A stretch of 64,000 nt of DNA, from the NCBI GenBank assembly GCA_964016885.1, contig OZ024741.1:228842001-228906000 (forward strand). The letters run 5' to 3'. The translations under genes and the position numbers were made by a program. This DNA is from Eledone cirrhosa (Eukaryota). Positions 1-11,808 of the stretch are shown piece after piece; within the stretch, counting starts at the first letter, position 1; each line of letters opens with the position of its first letter. The notes beneath the pieces were generated by a model. The model did no database searches and had not been told where the DNA came from. It worked only from the letters and a program-made list of their open reading frames with translations.

Positions 1-361
1 TATATACCTCTGTTATAATATATACCTCTGTTATGATACGGGTCCTTTAGAATAACTTTTTTCGCAGCAATTCCTGGCCTGACTGTAGCATGACATTAAT
101 GATGACTTTTTTCCTCTTTCTTTCTGTCTTTTTTCTTGTAGCATAACATTAACGCTGACTTTTCTTCTTCTTCCTTTATGTTTTTCTTCTCTTTGACACT
201 ATAAGCTTTAGCCCCCTCACCAGATAGCCTTAAGTAGGCCGAATGGGCAGCACTTGAGGGCGACCGGCTAAAGTGGAAGGTGCTAGATGGTCGGTCGTCC
301 TCGGGTCTATGATTTTCAGCCCCATGGATTTTATCTGTTACATTCATTTATTATATTTCGA

Positions 362-419
362 ATACCTGATGATATCACCGGATTCATACGGAACCCGGTC
401 ATTGAAATGATCATAGTAT
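362..419 (+). ncRNA. Type I hammerhead ribozyme motif (PLE pLTR-type)
   Basis: atac-CTGATGA(366-372)-stem II accgg..ccggt-GAAA(404-407)-palindrome tgatca-TA-gtat. AATAAA follows immediately, then a tail into (TA)n. Confidence 0.8.
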
Positions 420-475
420 AATAAACCTTTCAAGGATTTACACAAGTCCAGCCTCCTGTTATTTTATTATAATTA

Positions 476-508
<33 letters not shown>

Positions 509-525
509 ATATATATATGTATATA

Positions 526-718
<193 letters not shown>

Positions 719-820
719 TAAGATGTATGGTAGGTCGTATGTGAATCGCGATGATCACGTCTGACCTACCAAATATGTGACGGTAGCTAGTTAAGCTCTC
801 TGCGTATACGCAGAGCAGAA

Positions 821-895
<75 letters not shown>

Positions 896-1230
896 TATAT
901 ATATAACAACTACACAGCCATTTATAATTTATATTCTCCATATATATATATGTTTTTACATTACTCCGGAGTAAACAGACCAACCTGCGCACTACGTTGA
1001 GTGCTCCATCCTGCATACTGAGGTGTCGGAAAACAACCAACACATAATCAAAATTATATATATATATGTATGTATATATATACATTAGATACAGTTTGAA
1101 ACTGGTTAGATTACTCACCAGAGTACTCGATACTTGGGGTAGAAGAGTATGGTTATATTATAAAGAGTCGGAACCCCGACGGCTGTATTCTTGTCGTTTC
1201 AACAGCTAGTTCCAGTAGTATATATATATA

Positions 1231-1302
<72 letters not shown>

Positions 1303-1501
1303 GAAAACAAAACAAAGGTAGAAGGGTTACCGTAGTAGAGATTTTAATCCCAATATTTCGGGCTCACGCCCATCAACGGGGGAAAAGTTCCAAAAGGGGG
1401 GAAAACAGGCCAAGCGGAGAAAGTGTTGATGTCGTTAAGACAGGAATGCCGAGGTTCACCACTGTATAGAGCTGGTCTATTCCGTATGGTCAATCGTAAT
1501 G

Positions 1502-1589
<88 letters not shown>

Positions 1590-1645
1590 GGTTTGAGGTT
1601 CACCACTGTATAGAGCTGGTCTATTCCGTATGGTCAATCGTAATG

Positions 1646-1698
<53 letters not shown>

Positions 1699-1774
1699 TA
1701 TATATTGAGTTATAAACTCAAACAGTCTTTTACAATTAAATAGCTCAAAGAAAGAGATATTTCTGAGCCGTGAA

Positions 1775-2143
1775 ATACAAATTAATATATGATAAACACT
1801 AATACAAGTATATAAGTGTTTGTATTGCAAATGACCAAGTTAGCTAGATTGAAAAATACTAATTAAATTAATACAGTTTGCCTGTCTCGATTTAAAATAA
1901 TAAATCAATAAAAAAATTCTTAGAATTTTCACTTATTGTTGCGAAACAGATTTGAGTTTTGAAATTTAAATTTGTCCAGGTATCACGGCTATTGCCAATA
2001 TGGGTTTGTTTTTATTGATTTATTATTTTAAATCGAGACAGGCAAACTGTATTAATTTAATTAGTATTTTTCAATCTAGCTAACTTGGTCATTTGGAATA
2101 CAAACACTTATATACTTGTATTAGTGTTTATCATATATTAATT

Positions 2144-2148
<5 letters not shown>
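1775..2148. repeat. Fold-back inverted repeat (about 139 bp arms, about 95 bp spacer) between (TA)n tracts
   Basis: 1775-1913 is the near-perfect reverse complement of 2009-2148. Confidence 0.9.
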
Positions 2149-2202
<54 letters not shown>

Positions 2203-2660
2203 GCGTGTGTGTGTGTGTGTACGTGCGCGTGTGTGTGTATATATATGTTGTCTTAATTTACTAATTTAATTCTCTTTTTCTTTTTTTCTTGTTTTTTTTT
2301 ACCATCTAACATCTGATCGACGGAATTGGACATATATATCGCATAATATATGTATACATAATATACACAAATATATATACGATATATTTTTATACATATA
2401 TGTTTATATACATATACCTGAATATGAATATTTATGTGCGGATTTAAATACCAAATTGATATATACCTACTGACGTATACATACATATATATATATATAT
2501 ATATGTGTGTGTATCTATGTATATGTATATGTATATGCATACATATATCCATATGTAACACACACACCCATATGTGAATGTATATGTGTATGTATATAAA
2601 TATGCGTATATATTATAAACGTATTCCACACCCTGGATTTTTGGAAACTACATCATCTTC

Positions 2661-2695
2661 AACAACAACTACTACTGCTACTATTACTACTACTA

Positions 2696-2777
<82 letters not shown>

Positions 2778-2780
2778 CAT

Positions 2781-2816
<36 letters not shown>

Positions 2817-2817
2817 C
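2661..2817 (+). repeat. Compound (ACT)n/(GCT)n trinucleotide microsatellite just upstream of the Six4/5 ATG
   Basis: Direct reading of the sequence. Confidence 0.95.
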
Positions 2818-2842
2818 ACAGCATTGTGGAATCTTTCTAAGA

Positions 2843-3110
2843 ATGGAGAGTAGTTCGGCTGGATTGCAGAATAGCAGCCCGCCGCCGCCTCCTTCACCGC
2901 CACCTCCTCCACCACCTCCACCGTCAACATCGCCACCTGCGTCTCTCTCCCCTCCTTTATCACTACCACCACTACCTCTACCACTCACAACAGCAGTAGC
3001 AGCGCCGCAGTCCCAGCCGGCGACACTACAACAGCATCACCAACACCCCCAACAACACCACCAAGAACATCAACAACAGCAACAACATCAACAACATCAA
3101 CAACATCATC

Positions 3111-3165
<55 letters not shown>

Positions 3166-4052
3166 GCAGCAACAGCGGCAACTTCAGCATCAACATCGAC
3201 ATCATCAACATCAGCAATCACAACCACAACACCAACAATCACAATCTCTTGTTCAACACACTCACCACTGCCACAACAACAACAAAAACACCACCACCAC
3301 CACCACCACCAACAACAACAACAATAACCACAATAACAATCAGCATTCCCTTCTTTCCCAGAACCTCCACCACGACCACCACCATCATAATAATAACCAC
3401 CACGACCACCACCACCTACAACAACGACAACAGCACCATTATCAAGAGTCAGTTGGCCAACACAGTACCACGTCGACAGTTGAGTCGCCAATCTCTTCTC
3501 GTCTCACTGGTTCGATAGACATTAATCTAGCGTTCTCGGGTTCGATACTCGCTGCATCTGCATCGTCAATTTCATCGTCTTCGTCGTCTTTCTCTTCTGC
3601 TTCGGCGCCCTCCTTATTGTTATCGCCGTCGCCATCATCGTCGTTGTCATCGCCATCATCCTCTTTATCGTCATCGTTGTCGTTGCCATTTTCAGCGCCT
3701 CCGTTGTCGTTGTCGTCATCGTCTCCTGTTGACGGAGTGGGAGGTGTAGTGACTGGCTCTGCTGTGGATATCGCTGCAGGAGTAGGAGGAGTTGAAGTGG
3801 CAAGAGTAGCAGTAGGCGGGGCAGCAGTAGTGACGGCAGCAGCAACAGCAACAGTGGCGGCGGGAGGAGTCGTAGTGTCAGGGGGAGGAGGGGGTGGTGG
3901 AGTAGCTGGTGTTGCTGGTGGTGGTGGTGGTGGTGGTGGTGGTGGTGGTGGTGAATGTGACGATGGGTCAGTAATAACTGGTCATAACGCCACCAACATT
4001 TCAGGTGGTCATTTAGGACAACATCCTTCTCATTCAGCACAACATCATCATC

Positions 4053-4098
<46 letters not shown>

Positions 4099-4926
4099 CA
4101 ATCATCCCCATCACAATCCTCATCTTCATTCACAACAACAACAATCACAGCCTGTACATACATTAACTACAGCGACCTCAGGTTTACAAATTAAGTCCGA
4201 AAGTAGCATCAACAACAACAGCAACACTAACAGCCATAATAACGGAAACATTAACACTAGCAATAGTAATAACAACAACAGCAACAGCAGTAATAATAGT
4301 AATAGCAATAACAATAATAACAATAACACCAGCACTGACCAGTTGACCATCACCACGGCGCCCGGGAGCAAAGGTCTAAGCTTCTCACCCGAGCAGGTAG
4401 CTTGCGTGTGTGAAGCACTACAACAAAAAGGTGATATCGAGAGGTTAGCCCGTTTTCTTTGGTCCTTACCGCCCAACGAACTCCTCCGAGGTAACGAGGC
4501 CGTGTTAAAAGCAAGAGCAACTGTAGCGTTTCATCGAGGCAGCTTTCGGGAACTCTATGCTATTCTAGAAAGCCACAATTTTGATACTTCGAACCACAAT
4601 TTTTTACAACAAATGTGGTACAAAGCGCATTACATGGAAGCACAAAAAATTCGTGGTCGGCCATTAGGAGCCGTGGATAAATATCGATTACGAAGGAAAT
4701 ACCCTTTACCAAAAACTATCTGGGACGGGGAAGAGACCGTCTATTGTTTTAAAGAAAAATCGCGGCAGGTACTGAAAGATTGCTACAAACAGAATCGATA
4801 CCCGACCCCGGATGAAAAGCGCAGTCTGGCTAAAAAAACAGGTTTAACGTTAACACAAGTGAGCAACTGGTTTAAAAACCGACGACAGAGAGATCGAACT
4901 CCGCACACACATCACCAGAACAGAAA
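2843..4926 (+). CDS. Six4/5: SIX-class homeobox protein, Six4/5 subfamily, first coding exon
   Basis: 695-aa ORF with a SIX domain ([13 protein letters not shown]...[20 protein letters not shown]) and a K50 homeodomain ([12 protein letters not shown]...[13 protein letters not shown]). ETVY is the Six4/5 diagnostic tetrapeptide. The ORF runs into a GTAAGT donor at 4927. The start codon is inferred. Confidence 0.95.
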
Positions 4927-4932
4927 GTAAGT
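4927..4932 (+). promoter_or_regulatory. 5' splice donor (phase 2) after the homeodomain
   Basis: AA|GTAAGT consensus followed by an abrupt switch to T-rich sequence. An intron just after the homeodomain is typical of SIX genes. Confidence 0.85.
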
Positions 4933-5044
4933 CTTTATTTATTTATTTTTATCTGTTTTTATTTCCTTGAATTTTACCTTTCTATTTAGCTGTTACTTTT
5001 GTTTTGTTTATATTTATGGCAGTTATTAAAAAAAAAAAGAAATA

Positions 5045-5612
5045 TAGACTCCCATAACCATATATATTCTAAAACTACATTGCCCATAAGTATATTTCAT
5101 TTTAATCAAACGGATCCCCGGGAGCACAAAACCCCGCTGAAAATGTTTTCCCTTCGATTTATATGAAATTTAAACCATAGGTAAATGACAAGATTTGATG
5201 CCTATTCACAAAATGTCAGCACATTTCAATAATATTAAGATACCATAATGGGGGTTAAAGCCCCTATCAGGGTTCCCCGGGGGCACAAACCCCCGCTGAA
5301 AATGTTTTCCCTTTGATTTATATGAAATTTAAACCATAGGTAAATGACAAGATATGATGCCTATTCACAAAAGTTTTGAATTGATATTTTGAAAAAAATT
5401 ATTTACAAGAAACAAAATAAGAATAAGATTTAATAATGTAATTTTGATTTGATATATTACAAAAAATTATGTTTTCCAATTTTTCATGCATTACATTTTA
5501 CATTGAGTATTATTGAAAGGCAGAGTTTTTCTGCATAAATTATATCACTGATTTAAAATCAATCATCATTTTCTTACAAAAACAAATGTGTGAAACGCGG
5601 GTAATTCGGGTA

Positions 5613-5613
<1 letters not shown>
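5045..5613 (+). mobile_element. Probable degenerate non-autonomous Helitron with an internal ~160-bp-period duplication
   Basis: 5116-5212 is repeated at 5276-5372. The end aacgcgggtaattcgggtag resembles the clearer Helitron 3' ends at 32366-32393 and 38047-38076. Confidence 0.45.
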
Positions 5614-5655
<42 letters not shown>

Positions 5656-5949
5656 GATAAATCTACCAAGAGTTTACGGTAGTGTCCAATCCGTATGAAG
5701 AACTCAATGTAATAACATGCCAATTCTAACACACATATATATCCCAGAAACGATCGTTAAATAATGAACTTTTTTTGTTTAATATAAGGAACTGTTTCAT
5801 TGTTTTATTCATTATTTTTTTAATATTTTATATATATATATATATATATGGGGGGCGGGTTATATATATATGTATATGTATATATATACATATATATATA
5901 CAAACGCACATGAACACACCACAGCAAAACCGCAATAACGGAATAATAC

Positions 5950-6352
5950 TTCAAACTGTAATTGTCACCTACCAGATAAGTGAATAGGTGCCTGGATTCG
6001 AGCTTAGTGTACATGTGTACTGTAAACTCGGGCAACTCCACCGCGGGTGTTTTTAAAAAAAAGTTGGTATGTGCACAGACATTCAATGAAGAACCGTGCA
6101 CTGGTAAATTCTACAACCCTCGCCAATAAAATCTGGCAACTTAAGGACAAAAACCTTGATTACAATATTAGCTGCTCGAAATTAGCGGCTGCTAAGGCCT
6201 ATAGCAGCGGTATGTCCTATCGCGGGCTCTGCAACATTGAATTGCTACATATGTTAAGCAACGATAAGATGCTACTCAACGGCAAAATAAAAAGGTCAAT
6301 TTTCTGCAGATATAGGATTGCTACAAAATTCGCGAGATTTAAACCACCGTGA
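5950..6352 (+). pseudogene. Penelope-like (Naiad-type) GIY-YIG endonuclease remnant
   Basis: Frameshifted NCNC...CLDSSLVYMCTV...FKKSWYVHRHS...STTLANKIWQLK...LCNIE...LLN...CR. Matches the other EN remnants at 48440-48875, 52800-52930 and 58470-58860. Confidence 0.8.
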
Positions 6353-6933
6353 TTCCCAACCAGCATCACCTATATTAAGGGAAAATCACTTAGCATTTAA
6401 CATATGAAATCCACATTCTCACACAGCCCACTACAGAACCATAATCTATAAACACCTTCTAGCCTCCCTAATTCTATGCCACTAGGATGGGGCAGTAATG
6501 TCTACAACTATCTTATCAGCCCATAAATCAATCCCATTTGCTGTTGTTTACTCCTTCGGACCAAACAATTATATCTACGTATCTCACATTAGCACTCATG
6601 ATCTCTAACAGATGAACTTAATTCTAAGTACATTATCTTATTTTCCTCTTATTATGATCATCTCAATGTATCCCTAATATTATTCATCATGTTCTCTCTA
6701 TCTACCATGCATATTTTACTATTTTATTACTTTTATTGTCTCTATTATTGTTGCTATTATTGTCTTATTTATAGACTATTTGTTATTGATGTTTTGAAAA
6801 CTAGACCCCCATGATTCAAACTAACAATCCCATCTTTTAGAATAGACCACTTAAATAACGAATCTACAACTCCACTTGACACCACATAAAAAAAACTATA
6901 TATTTCTTCGCACCCTATCATTCTCACTAAATT

Positions 6934-7068
6934 AATTGTTTCTACTTTAGGCACAAGGCCAGCAAATACCCAGTGCATCACTGGTACTTTATTTTATCGA
7001 CTCCGTAAGGATGAAAGGCAAAGTTAACCTCGGCCGGATTTGAACTCAGAATGGCAAGGGCCGTAACT
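6934..7068 (-). mobile_element. tRNA-derived SINE (octopus OK-like, Nin/Deu-type domain), 5'-truncated
   Basis: B-box GAGTTCAAATCC plus GCCTTTCATCCTT.CGG.GTCGATAAAAT on the minus strand. TSD ttctcactaaattaat. The family name is from memory and unverified. Confidence 0.85.
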
Positions 7069-7551
7069 AAATTAATTCTCACTAAATTAATACAACGAAA
7101 ATGTTTATCTGTCAAACAATAAATAAATCTCCGGTTTATTACCAGCGAGGCCTTCAAACCTACAACAAACGCAGATACCTTATAAATCCTCACTCCAAGT
7201 ACATTTTATCAGTTATCTCTTCACCACCTTAACACTACATCTAATGTACCCTATAGCTGTTTTCACATGTCAATTTCATACATCTGTATGATATCAGTTC
7301 GTTTAATATGCTAGATTCATCATTATACTCTATTTCTTACTTATATCGATGTTATTATTTTAACTATTCAGTATCTAGTTATTTTATTATTGATATTATT
7401 GTTCTGGTTTAATACCACTCCTCTATAAATGCCATGCCTTGAGTATTTTCTTCACTTTCGGGTGCTCTGATGAAAACGACTGGTTATAAACAAAGTATTT
7501 AATTTGGTATATATATACAGTCGCCTTTGTTACATTTCGTATATTATAGAT

Positions 7552-7713
7552 AATTGTTTCTACATTTGGCACAAGGCCAGCAATTGCGCAGTACATTACT
7601 GGTTCTTTATTTTATCGGCCCCGTAAGGATGAAAGGCAAAGTTAACCTCGGCGGGATTTGAACTTAGTCCGCAAAGGGACGTAACTCTGTGTTGTAAAGC
7701 ATGGCGTCCAACA
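7552..7713 (-). mobile_element. OK-like SINE
   Basis: Same family as 6934-7068. Confidence 0.85.
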
Positions 7714-8048
7714 CTCACGCTCAATGAAGTAAAAATATAAACATATATTAAAAAAAATATAAACTAAATTATTAAAGGTTAGTTAATGTACATCATTATT
7801 ATTATTGTTTAATAGCGATAACTATAATTACATTGTTATACAAGTAATTACCTCTGGAATATATATACAAGACATAAAAAACGTGTTAATAGACCTTTTC
7901 ACGTAACACAGACTCTATTTTTAGTGCATATAATTAGAGTATAATAATTATTGAATATTTGTATGTACACATGCACAGGTATATATATATTTCTGTGTGT
8001 GTGTGAGTATGTGTATTTATGTCTATCTGTATATGTATATATATTCGT

Positions 8049-8135
<87 letters not shown>

Positions 8136-8263
8136 CTTAGGGTAAATATTAATGCAATTCAATTCAAGCACTCAACGTACTTTTTCCACATAGGAATGAC
8201 GGAGTAAATATCGAATAAGTAAAAGCGAAGTAGTTTCAGATGTTCAAGTCCTTTAATAATAAT

Positions 8264-8337
8264 GCTGTGATATATATTTCAATGACGACACTGGCCACAC
8301 TGTTCTGTGTGCGAGTGTCGTGACATCATCAGACAAC
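8264..8337 (-). ncRNA. Type I hammerhead ribozyme motif
   Basis: Reverse-complement copy of 8453-8526. Stem I is gttgt/acagc, with one G-U pair. Confidence 0.85.
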
Positions 8338-8452
8338 TTGTTACATAATAAGGTTATGTAACGGATGAAAGAACCCCAAAGCACACACTTCGTCCGTTCC
8401 CATGTCGATTCAACTTGGATTGCCTCGGAAACATAACCTTATTATGTAACAA

Positions 8453-8526
8453 GCTGTCTGATGATGTCACGACACTCGCACACAGAACAGTGTGGCCAGT
8501 GTCGTCATTGAAATATATATCACAGC
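8453..8526 (+). ncRNA. Type I hammerhead ribozyme motif
   Basis: gctgt-CTGATGA(8458-8464)-long stem II acgacact..cacac..gtgtg..agtgtcgt-GAAA(8510-8513)-tatata-TC-acagc, with ATTAAA downstream. Confidence 0.9.
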
Positions 8527-8582
8527 ATTATTATTAAAGGACTTGAACATCTGAAACTACTTCGCTTTTACTTATTCGATTC

Positions 8583-8623
<41 letters not shown>

Positions 8624-8708
8624 ATGCACTTAATATGTATATATGTATGTATATATATACATATATATATTCATATATAAATATGTATACATCTTTATAT
8701 ATATGTAC

Positions 8709-8742
<34 letters not shown>

Positions 8743-8754
8743 TTACATATATAT

Positions 8755-8819
<65 letters not shown>

Positions 8820-8825
<6 letters not shown>

Positions 8826-9000
8826 ACCAGTAAGACCCCGACAGCTGAGCTCAAGCCGTTTCGACGGCTAATTAGCCGTCGAAACGGCTTGAGCTCAGCT
8901 GTCGGGGTCTTACTGGTCCCTATTACCCACTCTACTACCTCAAGTATTGAGTACTTTGGTGCGTTATGGTCCACCTGGTTCCTTACCACATTTCCTTCGT
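8820..9000 (+). mobile_element. Family A fold-back element (104-bp perfect palindrome plus tail) in (TA)n
   Basis: Palindrome 8820-8923 contains a hammerhead-like 3' half, GAAA-cggct-tgagctc-agctg-TC-gggg. The tail is shared with other copies. Confidence 0.85.
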
Positions 9001-9325
9001 TATATATATATATATATATATATATCCACTAGAAATAGATTGACATATATATATATATATATAAAATAAACATATGAAACAATCACAGAGAACAATTTGT
9101 AAAGTGTGTAAGCGCAGGTAATTATTTAAAGTTTAACTAGAACTTCAAATATAGATACCTTTTAAAATGATTATATATTTCTTTAAATAAAAAATATATT
9201 TCACCAATTAATAGTCAAATCTCGTATGGTCACCAAAGGAGGAGATCCAACCATCTGTGTTTACACAGCAAATGCAAATCTGTGAATGACTCGTACCACG
9301 TTTTGCATGACAACCCTTAATTTAA

Positions 9326-9377
<52 letters not shown>

Positions 9378-9576
9378 ATATATATTTACATAGACACACA
9401 CACACACATATATATATATTTAATAGTAATAAATTTGGTTAAACTTTAATCTGTTATTTTAATAAATATATATATATTTATAAAGATATATACATATTTA
9501 TATATAAATATATATTTACATATATATATATGTATATATGTATAATACATATATATATAAACCTTAACTAAATAAG

Positions 9577-9767
<191 letters not shown>

Positions 9768-9778
9768 GTATGTATATG

Positions 9779-9814
<36 letters not shown>

Positions 9815-10689
9815 CTTATTTAGTTAAGGTTTATGTGAAATCCTGACAGTTGGTATGATACTGTACTTCGGTGTTTGATTAATCCGTCAATCCGTCCAGC
9901 TCCAGCTTCTGATACTTAGGTCCCCTTAGTAAAGATCACTCTTTTGCCAGTATTCGGATTGAGGATAATACCTTCTTTACATCCCAGTGGTCTCGAAGCT
10001 CTGACAAATGGCCAGCGGCACTGCTCCTCCTTTTTACAAGGCATTACAATGAAATAATAAATATTAAGACAACCCAGAACCAGGTGTTGATGTCAACCCA
10101 GGAATTGTGTCAGTGTAACCATTCTATTAAAGACCTTAATAACCAAGTGTTGGTGTTAAACATCTGTGTTAAAATTACTATCTACTAAAGCCACCCAAGT
10201 ATAAGTTATTAAACCAGGAATTGTGTTGAAGTGATCACACTACTAAAGACACCACAGAAACTTGTGGTGGTGTTTAACTAGGACGTTTTTTACAACGACT
10301 ACCCTTCAAAAGACACCCAATACATATAGGTAGTAGTATTAAATCGAGCTGCCACATAGGCCTACTTTTACATTCAATATTTGTTTAGATCTAGTGTGAT
10401 GGAAAGGTGGAATTGGTATAGCATCGGCTAATATGCCATTGCAGTATTAGTTTTGGCTCTTTACAATCAGAGTTTGAATCCTACAGTGATCAACTTTACC
10501 TTTCATCCTTCCAGATCTATAAAATAAAGTACCAGACACATACTGGGTGAAGTTGATTAATTTTGCAGCTTGCTCTAATATTTGCTGGTCTTGTGCCTAC
10601 ATCAATATTTCTAATAAACCACAACAACAACATTTTAACTACTTACTTATATAGTAACTCACATTAATGATGGCATGAATCTTCTCATC

Positions 10690-10890
10690 GGTAGAACGTC
10701 GGAGACCATGCTTTGCAGCATAGAGATACGGCGCTTTACCATCTGAGTTCAAATCTCGCCGAGGCTAGTTTTGCCTTTCATTCTTACAGGGTCAATAAAA
10801 TAAAGCACCAGTAACGCACTGGGGTCGATTTAATCAACTTTCCCTTCTCCTGAAATTGTTGGCCTTGAGCCTAAATCAGAAACCATTATT
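10690..10890 (+). mobile_element. OK-like SINE
   Basis: ctgagttcaaatctcgccgagg...gcctttcattcttacagggtcaataaaat. A more decayed copy lies at about 10410-10590. Confidence 0.8.
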
Positions 10891-11623
10891 TTTTTGTAGC
10901 AAACTTGCAATTGTAGAGATGGAGAAACAATATGAAGTTATGATCGTCATACATTTCCTCGGGGTGAGGATATTTCTCATTGACGTTTAGCCCTAGGTCA
11001 ACATTGATCCAGCAAGCAGATCTATCATCAAAGGTGTCCCAGCTGCGATCATTACCATATTTTATTCAACGATTGTACATGTAAGAATATAGAATCCAAC
11101 GAGTCCTTCCATACCTTTTAAAACAGGGCATTATTTCAGGAGAATTAAGTAGCTATTTCTAGGAAATATGAGAGAGTATTTAGTGATTCCCTCAATGGTA
11201 CCACCTGAGAGACTGAAAAGATGTGTGTTTCAGCCAAACTTCGAAACCTATTCAGCAGGCATAGCGAGCCGCTATACGGTAATTATTTCTAAAATAGTCA
11301 CATTTCCCTCAAAGTAAAGACATTGATATTGTAGACAATGAAGTCCTTCATTATAGTGTGTTAAATATACTACAGAAACCAAAACAGTGTGCTAAACTGT
11401 GTGGAAGGCTAAAACTTAAACAGACCTTTCAAACATTTCCACATGCGGCTCCTTTTCATCATACAGTTTATTCATTTCAATAGGCTAAATATTATGAGCC
11501 TGAACAAACCTCATTAAATTTTGTTCATATATCATTTAAAGTTGGAACAAAGCAATGTTTCCTTATAGAATAGGGAATTAAAAACATCTACATATATTTT
11601 CTTCTTAATTTGTTAAGAGTAGA

Positions 11624-11808
11624 TAATTGTTTCTAATTTAGGCACAAGGCCAGCAAATACCCAGTGCATTACTGGTACTTTATTTTATCGACCCCGTAAG
11701 GATGAAAGGCAAAGTCAACCTCGGCGGGATTTGAACTCAGATCGTAAAGGGACGTAACTATGCTGGAAAGCATTGCGTCCGACCCTCTACCGATACTGCC
11801 AATCCACC
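11624..11808 (-). mobile_element. OK-like SINE with TSD agagtagataat
   Basis: Family match. TSD at 11616-11627 and 11830-11841. Confidence 0.9.

Larger units (their letters stand above)
8137..8580. mobile_element. Miniature head-to-head PLE-end element in (TA)n with two hammerhead motifs
   Basis: 150-bp inverted arms 8210-8359 and 8431-8580, a 71-bp spacer, and a one-sided tail 8137-8209. Confidence 0.85.

Noticed and set aside
1341-1385. Hammerhead-like TTGATGG-gcgtgagccc-GAAA-tat-TG on the minus strand
   Set aside because: It has several core deviations and no valid NUH, so it is not counted.
2578-4476. Long overlapping ORFs in other frames and antisense to Six4/5
   Set aside because: These are shadow ORFs from trinucleotide repeats of the real exon.
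7461-7510. CTGATGA in a PLE 3' region, plus similar partial cores at about 22215, 22628, 35345-35383 and 63103-63136
   Set aside because: GAAA or stem I is missing or mutated. They are probably decayed ribozymes but cannot be supported individually.
8210-8580. Palindromes as sequencing or assembly chimeras
   Set aside because: Arms carry occasional mismatches, spacers are unique, family-specific end points recur, and one arm holds a SINE with TSD. Read-level confirmation is still advisable for the perfect ones.
8630-8989. Recurrent peptide [16 protein letters not shown] in three ORFs
   Set aside because: It is an antisense translation of the family A repeat tail, not a gene family.
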